DNA from: Prasinococcaceae sp. CCMP 1430
Taxonomy: Eukaryota > Plantae > Prasinodermophyta
Assembly (NCBI GenBank): GCA_013416795.1
Contig: RQSC01000023.1
Span: 151,768-215,767 of the forward strand
Direction of reading: 5' to 3'
DNA length: 64,000 nt
Part shown: positions 55,205 through 64,000 of the stretch, piece by piece
Position numbering within the stretch: the first letter of the stretch is position 1
Layout: each line of letters starts with the position of its first letter
Notes under the pieces: model-generated
Told to the model about the DNA's origin: nothing
What the model saw: only the letters and a program-made list of their open reading frames with translations
The model's database searches: none
Position numbers and translations under genes: made by a program

Positions 55205-55480
55205 CGCGCCTTCCCGGGATGCAAGGAAGGCGGACGTGTGGATGGGGGGGGGGGGAGGGTTGACCGCGGCGCCTCCCCCGCGCGCGCTCTGTGGCTCCCA
55301 CCTGCGATTGCGTCGCGTCGCAGCGCTGGATAACGAAGAGGATCGGAATCGGCGCGCGCGCCGGCGTCCCCATTCATTCGATCGTCCATTCACTCATGCA
55401 CGCAAAATCAGGCGTCGAGTCGGTCGAGGGTGTTGAACACTGGTCAGCGGATCTCGGGGGCTGCGTGCGGCCGGGTTTGG

Positions 55481-55501
55481 GGTTTAGATATTAGGGTTTA
55501 G
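55481..55501. promoter_or_regulatory. Telo-box-like (TAGGGTTT) motif in a divergent promoter
   Basis: ggtttagatattagggtttag between PGM and the TPR gene. Similar motifs occur at 16251, 17744, 43349 and 63089. Confidence 0.5.
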
Positions 55502-55640
55502 TATGTGTCCTCCCTTCGCGTCGAGATGGAGCGCAGCTTTCCTTTCTTCGCGGGGGCGCGGGCGGCCGAGGTGGCACGGGAGCGCAGGCGAAGGGGCACA
55601 CCTCGCGCGCCGGGGCGGCCGGCGCGCGCGCCGCACGCCC

Positions 55641-57659
55641 ATGCGGTCGTCGCTGCCCGACGATGCCTTCATGAGCGAGATCGAGCGCAAGGCGCGCGAC
55701 GAGGCCTTCGCAGGGAGCGTAGGCGCGTTCCGCCAGGCAGAGGGGCGCAGGCGCGCGGCCGCCGCGCAGGCGCGAGCGCGCGCGGCCGAGGCGCGGATGC
55801 GCGAGAAGCAGAACCTGCCGCAGCCGAGCTGGAAGCTGGAGATGGAGGCCGAGCTTGAAGCCGCGCGGCCCGCGTCGCACGCGCGACCGCATCGCGTGGG
55901 TCCCAATCTCGTCAGTCAGCGGTCGGGCGACGACGCCATCGCCGACGTCGCCGACGAAGACAGCGACGACGACGAGGACGTCGCACACGTCGTCGTGAGC
56001 GGCACTCCCGCGGTATTCGAGACGACACCCGCCGTCGTGCCGCCAGAGGTGGCGGAGCTCAAGGATGTGGGCGCACGGGCGGTGCGCGACGGCGAATGGC
56101 AGGCAGCCATCGACGCGTACAGCGAGGCGCTCGTCCCAGAGACTACGGGCGAGCCGCGAGCTGGCCTGCCTCCTGAGTACGCCGCAGCGCTGCACAGCAA
56201 CCGCTCGCTCGCCCGCCTCAAGCTGGGCGACGCGCAGGGGGCCGAGGGTGACGCCTCAGCTGCGCATGCGCTATGGCCCGAATGGCCCAAGCCGCTGCAC
56301 CGCCTTGCGTCCGCGCGACTCGCGCTCAAGAAGTTTGCAGGTGCAATGAGCGCCCTGCGCCGCGGGCAGCAGCTCGCACGCTCGGCGTTGCACGAGCACA
56401 TGGCGCGTGACTTCGGGCCGCTGCTCGAGAGGATTTCCTACGAGGGCGTCATCGCAGGCTCCTATGATGCTTTCGATGGCCGCACGCTCGAGGTGCGCGA
56501 CGCCGGCGAAGACGCGTGGAAGATGGGTCCCGCGCCGCACGTACCTGCACTGGACAATCCGCAGGCCGAGACGTCCATCAACGCGCTCGAGGATGGCGTC
56601 ACCGATGCGCGTGATCGAGTCCGCGGCGGCACCGACCTCGCCGTCCTTGGTGGGAGCGATGGGTCCACGCTCGCGTCAAGGTCGGCTAACGCGATTGCTA
56701 GGGCGCGTGCAGCCAAGCAGCGGTACAGCTACCGCTCCATACACGAGGCAATGGATGCGGCCGAGGACGGCGACCGGATCCTGCTCAAGGCGGGCATTCA
56801 CAACACCGGTGGCACGATGGTCACCGTGAAGAAAAGGGTCCTAATCAGAGGCGAAGGCACTCTGGGCAACGCGAAGCTCGACCAGCGCGGAAACTCGCCC
56901 ACTTTTCGCTGCGTGGGGCACTTCGTGGTGCAGAATCTACACATTACGCACACCGGCTATCGCGAGACGCTCATGTGCGAGTCTGGTCGGCCCATCTTCG
57001 AGAACTGCGTGCTGAAGAACGACGCCGATGACGCGGTCAACGTCATCGGCACGGGCAATCCCACCTTCCGACACTGCTACGTAGGCGAGGCGAAGAAGGC
57101 GGCCTTCGTATTTTACGAAAATGCGCGCGGCCTGATCACAGACTGCATGATCCGCGACAACCAGCAGCACGGTGTGCGAGTGACTGGCAAAGCGTGCCCG
57201 ACCATTCGGCGTTGCAGCGTCATCAACAATGGCGAAGACGGCGTGGCATTCACCGAGGACGCCCGCGGCAGCCTTTCAGAGTGCAACATTCGCGCTAATC
57301 TTGGCACGGGCGTCGACGTGAGCAGGCAGGCCAAGCCCTTGGTGGAGGAAAGCGTCGTAAAGAACAACAAGGGTGGGGGGGTGTTCTTCTGGGACGATGC
57401 ACGAGGAACGGTGCGCGGCTGCCGCGTGAACGGCGGCGAGTCGCACGCCCTCATCGTAGACGGCGACTCCGCGCCCAGGATGGAGCAGTGCACCTTCGAC
57501 GGGGTGTGTCTCGTACCGCAGGAGGTGCTTGACAAGCGCTGCAAGGCCAACTACTTCAACCAGACCGACGACGCCTCTCGATGGATACCGCCAGAGAAGG
57601 CATACGAGCCGATCGGGGCGAGCGTGCTCAAACGCGGCATTGACAACTCCTACTACTGA
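55641..57659 (+). CDS. TPR + right-handed parallel beta-helix protein
   Basis: TPR triad (AIDAYSEAL, LHSNRSLARLKLG, WPKPLHR); SIHEAMDAAEDGDRILLKAG followed by PbH1-like repeats. Confidence 0.85.
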   Translation: MRSSLPDDAFMSEIERKARDEAFAGSVGAFRQAEGRRRAAAAQARARAAEARMREKQNLPQPSWKLEMEAELEAARPASHARPHRVGPNLVSQRSGDDAIADVADEDSDDDEDVAHVVVSGTPAVFETTPAVVPPEVAELKDVGARAVRDGEWQAAIDAYSEALVPETTGEPRAGLPPEYAAALHSNRSLARLKLGDAQGAEGDASAAHALWPEWPKPLHRLASARLALKKFAGAMSALRRGQQLARSALHEHMARDFGPLLERISYEGVIAGSYDAFDGRTLEVRDAGEDAWKMGPAPHVPALDNPQAETSINALEDGVTDARDRVRGGTDLAVLGGSDGSTLASRSANAIARARAAKQRYSYRSIHEAMDAAEDGDRILLKAGIHNTGGTMVTVKKRVLIRGEGTLGNAKLDQRGNSPTFRCVGHFVVQNLHITHTGYRETLMCESGRPIFENCVLKNDADDAVNVIGTGNPTFRHCYVGEAKKAAFVFYENARGLITDCMIRDNQQHGVRVTGKACPTIRRCSVINNGEDGVAFTEDARGSLSECNIRANLGTGVDVSRQAKPLVEESVVKNNKGGGVFFWDDARGTVRGCRVNGGESHALIVDGDSAPRMEQCTFDGVCLVPQEVLDKRCKANYFNQTDDASRWIPPEKAYEPIGASVLKRGIDNSYY

Positions 57660-57759
57660 GACGTCGATGGTTGCATAACATTGTCCCAACTCGGCATATT
57701 ATACCCCACGCTGCGTGGCGATGAGTAGTAGTACAAGGATTGCAGCCACATCGGCATGC

Positions 57760-58825
57760 TCAGAGCTTCTTCCTCGCCTTGGGCGGCTTTTTGCCCGTCG
57801 CTTTGCCGGCCCCGGCCTCCTCCTTTGCGCGGCGCTTCTTGGCGGGCGTGGTGGCGGGCGGGTCCTCCAGGCCGGCCCATGTACAAATGGGCCCGCTCCA
57901 GGGGTAGCTCTGACTCGCCTGGCCGTGCTCGCGCCCGTAGAAGATTATCTGCAGGTGAAGGTCACGCCAACTCTCAGGGGGGAAGAGGGCCTGGCATGTG
58001 GAAGGCCGCGTGCGTCAGCGTGCCGGTGGTCACGGCATTTGCAGTGCGACGCCCACGCGCATCGCGACGTGTAGGCGCAGCGCTCACACGCGCGCACCTT
58101 GAGGTCTGCTTCAGTGCGCTCGACGGTTGTGCCGTTGCTCAGTCCCCATCGCGCCGCCAGCCTGTGAATGTGCGTGTCTACGGGGAAGGCGTCGATGCCG
58201 AATGCTTGCCCCATAATGACGGACGCGGTCTTGTGCCCGACGCCCGGGAGCGCCTCCAACGCCTTGAAGTCTGACGGCACTTCACCGTCGTGCAACTCCA
58301 GCAGCTGCTTGGAGAGGTTCACGAGGTACTTGGCTTTGGAGTTCGCCAGGCCGATCTCCTTAATGTACTCCTTCACAGTGTCGATCGACAGTTCGGCCAT
58401 CGCATGTGCAGTCGGCGCAGCCGCAAACAGTTTGGGCGTGACGGTGTTCACCTTCTTGTCGGTCGATTGTGCGGACAAGACGACTGCAATGCGCGGGGCG
58501 TTAGCGGCAGGGGTCGCACGCACCTGCGGGCGCTGGACACATGGCAGGCGCGCAGCCGCACCTGCACACAAGAACTGGAACGTGTTGCCGTGGTCGAGCG
58601 GGATGGGTGGATCGGGGTACATCTCGGCGAGGCTTTTCGCGATGCGGTCAGCCTTGGCCTGCAGCTCGGCCGGCGGGCTGGCGGCGGTAGTAGCTGCGCC
58701 TCCACCTGGCGGGGTGGCCGCTGCCACGGGGCGCTTCGCCGCCGCGTGCGCCCCCCCGCGGCGCTGCTGCTTCTGAGCCTCAGGCGCGGGCGGCACCGAG
58801 CGGCCGCCGGCGCGCCGGCCCACGG
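57760..58825 (-). CDS. nth: Endonuclease III (HhH-GPD glycosylase), 5' end in gap; introns 58484-58561 and 57991-58097
   Basis: Motifs LSAQSTDKKVN, HhH LPGVGHKTA, FPVDTHIHR, WRDLHLQIIFYGRE; basic C-terminal tail. Confidence 0.92.
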
Positions 58826-59052
58826 NNNNNNNNNNNNNNNNNNNNNNNNNNNNNNNNNNNNNNNNNNNNNNNNNNNNNNNNNNNNNNNNNNNNNNNNNNN
58901 NNNNNNNNNNNNNNNNNNNNNNNNNNNNNNNNNNNNNNNNNNNNNNNNNNNNNNNNNNNNNNNNNNNNNNNNNNNNNNNNNNNNNNNNNNNNNNNNNNNN
59001 NNNNNNNNNNNNNNNNNNNNNNNNNNNNNNNNNNNNNNNNNNNNNNNNNNNN
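58826..59052. other. Assembly gap
   Basis: Run of N. Confidence 1.
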
Positions 59053-59950
59053 CGCAGCCGCCGCCGCCGCCGCCGCCGCCGCGCGACGACCCGCGAGAGA
59101 TCGCGCGACGCGCACGCGCTGTCAGTGGCGCAGCTGCCGCGGTGGCAGTCTACACGCGCTTGCGCTGCGGGCCGGAGCCGCTCACGAGGATTAATGGAGG
59201 CGAGGCCGCCTCGGGGGTTGCGTTGCTGCGTGGTGGGGCGCTCGCTGTAGCCGCAACGTCGGCGCTCTTCCTTGGACCGACTGTGCAGGCATGGCTCGAC
59301 GGCGTGACGCCCGCGTCCGCGGTGCATGCGCTGTGGCACCGGTTGCGCAGCCCCTCGGGCATGCGCGATCTACTGGTTGCGCCTGTCACCGAAGAGGTCG
59401 TATTTCGCGGTGGGGCGTGCGCCGTCATGGCGCGCGCGGGCTGGTCGCGGGCAGCGGTGACATACCTATCGCCCCTCGGCTTCAGCGTTGCGCACCTGCA
59501 CCACCTGATCGAGGCGCGTCGGCGAGGCGTGCCACTTGCCCGTGCAGTCCTCTCAGCGGCGGCTCAGCTTTCATACACGACCGTGTTTGGATGGTGCGAG
59601 CGCGCGACCCAGGCTCGCGAGCATACGCCCAGTCGCAACCGCCTGCCCTTGCTACTGCGCAAGCGGGCGTGAGTATAGATGGAGACGCGCTCGCCTCTGA
59701 CACCTTCGGCTGCTATTCGCTGCGATCGCGGCGAGCGTGCGCGTGCAGGTATGCCGCGCATTTGTACATCTCGACGGGCACGCTGGTGGCACCCATCGTG
59801 GCGCATGCGATTGCCAACCACTACGGCCTGCCGGACTTCGGCGGGGCCGCCGCACATCCGCAGCGTCCCGCGGTGCTCACAGCTTATGCTGTGGGCATGG
59901 GCGCGTTCGCGTGGGCGCTCGTAGAGGCGCCCAGGGCATCACCGTTGTGA
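59053..59950 (+). CDS. RCE1: CAAX prenyl protease 2, 5'-partial; intron 59594-59748
   Basis: Motifs VAPVTEEVVFRG, FSVAHLHH, QLSYTTVFGW|YA, HAIANHYGLP. Confidence 0.9.
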
Positions 59951-60056
59951 CCGAGGGTGGAACCTCGGTGTGATGGCGGCAGCTCAGGCGCAGCACGCCC
60001 GGGTGAGAGGCACCACTGATAATAACTAGCTACGAGGCGTAATACGATGTCGACTC

Positions 60057-60994
60057 TCATCTGTGCATGAGCGGGCGCGCTCCGGTCTTCTGGACGCCAG
60101 CGGACGCGGGTTTGAGAGCATGCGGGGCTCTGCCATCCCCACCATGCCCGCCATTTTCGCGCCCGCGCCCGCGTCCGCCGCCTCGGCCGCCTCGGCCGCC
60201 GCCGCGCCCCCGCCCCCGCCCACGGCCCGACTGGCCAACATCGTACTCCCGTTTGTCCGCCTTGGAAAGCTTGACCGGCCGGGCGCCCACGTACTTGTTG
60301 TTCACCTCTCGCAGCGCACGCACCCACTCGAGCGCGTTCAGGAAGCTCGCAAAGCCGTACCCCTGGCCGCGCGGCGCGGTTGAGCGCCAAAGGCGACGGA
60401 GTGAGCGACCTGTGCGTCAGAGGCGTCGCCACAGCATGGACTTCGCACGACAGCACACGCAGGCCGGCTCACCTTGTGGCGATTTGTTTTGGGATCCCTA
60501 CAGATTTTCGCCTTCACAAAGGACGGATAGCTACTGAAGGCCTTGCTGAGCACCTCATCACCGACCAGCTTGTCGAGGTTGCCGCAGAAGATCTTGTAGT
60601 CGTTGGCCGGCCACTCATCCGGCGCCAGCGTCGCTGCGACCTCTTTGCCGCTCTGTGTGGGCGCAGCCGCAGCAGCCCTCGCGGCCGCGATAGACGGTGC
60701 GGCGGCAGAGGTCGCGGAGACGACCTGATTCGCCGCGTGAGGCTTCGGGGGCTGCTGGGGGGTTGCGGCCGGCGCAGTGGCGGCTGCGGCGGCAGAGACA
60801 TGCATGTGGATGGCATGGCCCACCGCATGCGGTGGCGGTGGCGGCGGCGGGGCGGCTGCAGTAGCACCTGCAGCGCGAGCAGTGCCGGGCAGCGGCGGCG
60901 GGACCACCGGATTGGACATCGGCGGGGCCGCACGCACCGCCGTGCTCGGCGTCGCGGCCACCGCTGGCGCCGCCGCTGGCGCCGCTGCCGCCAC
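60057..60994 (-). CDS. RBM42: RRM protein RBM42-like, 5' end in gap; intron 60363-60472
   Basis: EWPANDYKIFCGNL..LSKAFSSYPSFVKAK..K|GYGFASF..ALREVNNKYVGARPVKL, followed by an RGG tail. Confidence 0.88.
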
Positions 60995-61097
60995 NNNNNN
61001 NNNNNNNNNNNNNNNNNNNNNNNNNNNNNNNNNNNNNNNNNNNNNNNNNNNNNNNNNNNNNNNNNNNNNNNNNNNNNNNNNNNNNNNNNNNNNNNNN
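60995..61097. other. Assembly gap
   Basis: Run of N. Confidence 1.
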
Positions 61098-63011
61098 GCG
61101 GCCGCGGTGGGTGGCGCCGAGGTCGCGGGGGCGGGGGCGGGCGCTGCGTCCGCTCCCGCGCGCTCGGCGACGCTCACGCTGCACGCCGGCGAGACGGTGG
61201 TTGCGCTGCCGCTCGAGGAGGGGAACGCGCGCACGCTCGGAGCAGCCTTCCGTGAGGTGCTCGCAGCGTTCTCCGATGCCGAAGCGCGAGCGCAGCTGCG
61301 CCGGGTGGGCGCGCTCGCGCTGGGCGACGGTGCGATCGCGAGCGGGGGCGCGGCCGCGGCGGAGAGCGGCAGGGTGCGCGAGGAAGAGCTCGAGGCGCTT
61401 CAAGCCATGATTAAGCGGCTGGGCGACGCTGCGGTGTACTATCGCGACCGCGCGGAGGCGCGCTCGCTTGGCGCGGACGCGCTCGCTCATGCGGCAGCAA
61501 GGCGCATTGCGGCGGTCGGGGCGGGAGTCAGTACAGGCGTCATGACGACACCCGGACTCGACAGGGCGGCCGCTGTGGCTGCGCGGCGTGCACGCGAGGC
61601 CGCGCTCGAGGTCGAGCGAGTTGCGGCGCTCGGCGATTCGAGCGCCGCGGTGGCTTCTGCGAACGGGGGAGTGGCAGTTGGCTCACCGTCGTTGGTCAGC
61701 CCGTCCACGTCCACAGCCGACGTGGACGAGTTGATAGACGCATCCGCTGCTGCAGACGCTATGGGCGCCGACGCCGTCGCGGACTTTGCCACGTTGCGCT
61801 TGCTCTGCGATGACATGCAGCACACCGTCTCATCTCTCGGAGACGAAGACCCTGCATACAGCGCCGGCATCGGCAACGCCGTCGACGACGACCTGCTTGA
61901 GACGGCCACGTCGGGCCTCCCTGGGACGTGCCACGAGGACTCCCTCCACGCCGGGTACGAGGAGGACGACCCCCTCGCGAGGATCGCGGCGATTGGTGAC
62001 CACAAACGCGAGCTGGAGGATTTCGAGCGCGCAGTGCTTGGGGGCTCGAGCGCTGGTGCGATGGAGAGGATCCTTGACGTGCGCGCGTCCACCGCGGCAA
62101 TTGAGCGCCAGCGCGCGGCCGCCGACGCGCGCCGCACGAGCAACCGCACGCGCAGGCTGCGAGAGGAAGCTGAGGCCGCGGAGGAGGCCGCAGTGGGTGT
62201 GCAAGACGTGTGGGTGAGCACGCCGACCGAAGACTCCCAGAAGAGTGTTGAGAAGCGTATACGCGAGAGCGTTGCGCTCCTGGAGACGCAGCAAAGCGCG
62301 CAGGCACAGCAGGCGCAAAGGCAGCACGAGGCGCTCCAGCAGGCCCTGGAGCAGGCGGAGCAGGAGCAGGCGGCGCAGCAGCAGAAGCCAGTACCGCCAG
62401 CGCCGCAGGGAGAGCAGCAGGGCGAGCAGGGGCAGGAGGCTCTGGCGGCCGTCGTACAGCCAGGGTCCGCGAAGTCATCAATTGTTGCGCCGCCGACGCC
62501 ACAAACCGCCACCGTGCCTCCCGTGTCCCCGTCGCGGCCGGTGCCCCCAACTGTGATGCTATCACCGATGCGGTCAGCAGCGTCGCCCACAGTGTCATCA
62601 ATCGCGCCCATGTCGCCGGTTTCGAGGTTCGACCGGGTTGTGCCGCCGCGGCCGCCACAGATGGAATTGATGTCGCCCCAGTGGCCGTGGGCCCTGCATG
62701 GAGCGCCCCCCCCGCCGCCACCCCTGCCGCGAGAACCGCCGCTCCACCAGCACCAGTCGGTGCCCGTGGATGCCTCGCTGGCGCAACAGACATCCTTCCT
62801 TGCGCCGCCTCCTCCGCCGCCCATCGATACGCAAGCGGCTGCTGAGGCTGTCGAAGCAGCTCCGTGGTTTCGCGCTCCGCCACCACCGCCGCCGCCGCTT
62901 CGCGCGGGGTCCGTACCCGCGGCGCCGGCCTTCCTGCCGCCGCCGCCACCGCCACCGCCGTTGCACGCAGGCTCCATTCCCGCGACACACCCGCGAAGGA
63001 TTGACTTCTAA
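61098..63011 (+). CDS. Unknown coiled-coil protein with poly-Pro C-terminus, 5'-partial
   Basis: Open frame of more than 630 codons with Ala/Glu/Gln coiled-coil segments and several PPPPP tracts. Confidence 0.7.
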   Translation, partial: AAAVGGAEVAGAGAGAASAPARSATLTLHAGETVVALPLEEGNARTLGAAFREVLAAFSDAEARAQLRRVGALALGDGAIASGGAAAAESGRVREEELEALQAMIKRLGDAAVYYRDRAEARSLGADALAHAAARRIAAVGAGVSTGVMTTPGLDRAAAVAARRAREAALEVERVAALGDSSAAVASANGGVAVGSPSLVSPSTSTADVDELIDASAAADAMGADAVADFATLRLLCDDMQHTVSSLGDEDPAYSAGIGNAVDDDLLETATSGLPGTCHEDSLHAGYEEDDPLARIAAIGDHKRELEDFERAVLGGSSAGAMERILDVRASTAAIERQRAAADARRTSNRTRRLREEAEAAEEAAVGVQDVWVSTPTEDSQKSVEKRIRESVALLETQQSAQAQQAQRQHEALQQALEQAEQEQAAQQQKPVPPAPQGEQQGEQGQEALAAVVQPGSAKSSIVAPPTPQTATVPPVSPSRPVPPTVMLSPMRSAASPTVSSIAPMSPVSRFDRVVPPRPPQMELMSPQWPWALHGAPPPPPPLPREPPLHQHQSVPVDASLAQQTSFLAPPPPPPIDTQAAAEAVEAAPWFRAPPPPPPPLRAGSVPAAPAFLPPPPPPPPLHAGSIPATHPRRIDF

Positions 63012-63223
63012 ACGCCCTCGTCGTGCTCGCCATTGTGCTCGCGTGCACGATCGCATGCGCGGTGGTGGCACTGGAGAGCGCTTTCCCCAACCTAAACCCT
63101 CTTTTTAATTCCCCTTAATGACATGGCGAGGAGTTTGCGGTTGCATGAGACTCGAGCTGCACTCGCTCGTGCCGGCGGCTGCGCCACCACAGCGCGCGCG
63201 GCGCGCGGCGCCGCGGTGGAGCG

Positions 63224-64000
63224 ATGGCGCCGTGCGCGCCGCCCGAGGGCGCAGGGCCCGCGGCGGCGTGCTTCGAGGAGCCGCCCGCCAGTGCGAGTGT
63301 GGGCGTGGAAGCGCAGGCGGGCGCGGACCTCGGCGACGCTTGGCTACGCGGCGCGATAGCGCACAGCGCCGACGTGGCGGCACGTGCGGCGCTGTACCAG
63401 GAGGAGCTCGAGGCGGGCAACGCCGCCGACGGCTGCGGCACGTGCGTTGCGGCGACACCGCTGGTGTCGAAAGCGCGCCGGTTGTTCGGCTTCGTATCGG
63501 TGGTGTTATCGCTCCTGCGCCTGTGGGCACTCGACGCGCTCGGCCTGAAGCCGGCAGACGGCGCGCTCGCGTGGCGACAGCGCGTGCGCGTGCACACCTC
63601 GGCCGACCCGCGCGTGAAGGCGACCCGCGCAGGCAGCACAACAGCGTTCATCGATGGCTCCGCGGCAGAAGGCGGCGTGCCGTCGGTCGGGGTGTGGTAT
63701 GGTGCCGGCCATGCTCTGAACCTGTCGGCGCGAGTCGACGGCCCCGCGCACAGCACGCACGCCGAGCTTTCAGCGTTATGGCTGGTTCTTGTGCGCCACC
63801 CTTCGAACGTGCCGCTCACCATCCTGAGCGACAGCAGGAACGCGCTGGGGGCGCTGGCGGCGGCAGTAGCTGACGGGCCCGTCCCAAACACCGCACCGAG
63901 GTCGGCGCGTGCGCTGCGCCTTGCGCTGCAGCTGCGCTCCGCTAAGACGGTCGCGCGGCGCGTGCCTGGCCACAGCGGCCACAGGGACAATGACTTTGCC
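63224..64000 (+). CDS. RNase HI-domain protein, 3'-partial (absent from the ORF track)
   Basis: My translation: TAFIDGS..VGVWYG..LN...STHAELSAL...LTILSDSRNAL...RVPGHSGHRDNDFA, giving the RNase H D-E-D-H pattern. Confidence 0.85.
   Translation, partial: MAPCAPPEGAGPAAACFEEPPASASVGVEAQAGADLGDAWLRGAIAHSADVAARAALYQEELEAGNAADGCGTCVAATPLVSKARRLFGFVSVVLSLLRLWALDALGLKPADGALAWRQRVRVHTSADPRVKATRAGSTTAFIDGSAAEGGVPSVGVWYGAGHALNLSARVDGPAHSTHAELSALWLVLVRHPSNVPLTILSDSRNALGALAAAVADGPVPNTAPRSARALRLALQLRSAKTVARRVPGHSGHRDNDFA

Noticed and set aside
58484-58561. 26-aa insertion in endonuclease III
   Set aside because: It is a 78-nt GT-AG intron; removing it restores FLCAVVLSAQ.

Overview
This is GC-rich (roughly 70% by eye), gene-dense nuclear DNA from a eukaryote. 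It is most likely a prasinophyte-grade green alga, inferred from OEP21, a plastid transit-like peptide, short GT-AG introns and TGTAA 3' signals. About 30 protein genes are supportable: a P450, SET methyltransferase, KH protein, SNF5-like protein, DUF2045, CDPK-related kinase, SDR, CEP83, L-domain protein, TIM10, JMJD8-like protein, flavin reductase, EEP hydrolase, VPS18, SNAPC4-like Myb protein, a 1944-aa receptor-like protein, a DBF4-like protein, a PWWP/Tudor protein, OEP21, class II HDAC, PGM, a TPR/beta-helix protein, endonuclease III, RCE1, RBM42, an RNase H missed by the ORF track, and several unknowns. There are three N-gaps, two single Ns and several apparent unmarked assembly deletions. 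I saw no tRNA, rRNA, CRISPR array or intact transposon, and no convincing multi-gene novel system. The best leads are single loci: a DBF4-like protein with N/M/C motifs, a new receptor architecture, a putatively dual-acylated PGM, an in-frame TAG inside a KH domain, a decayed glutaminase-like fragment, metal-ligand loss in VPS18 and Nth, and hairpin-rich intergenic elements. All family calls come from motif recognition by eye; no database searches were run.
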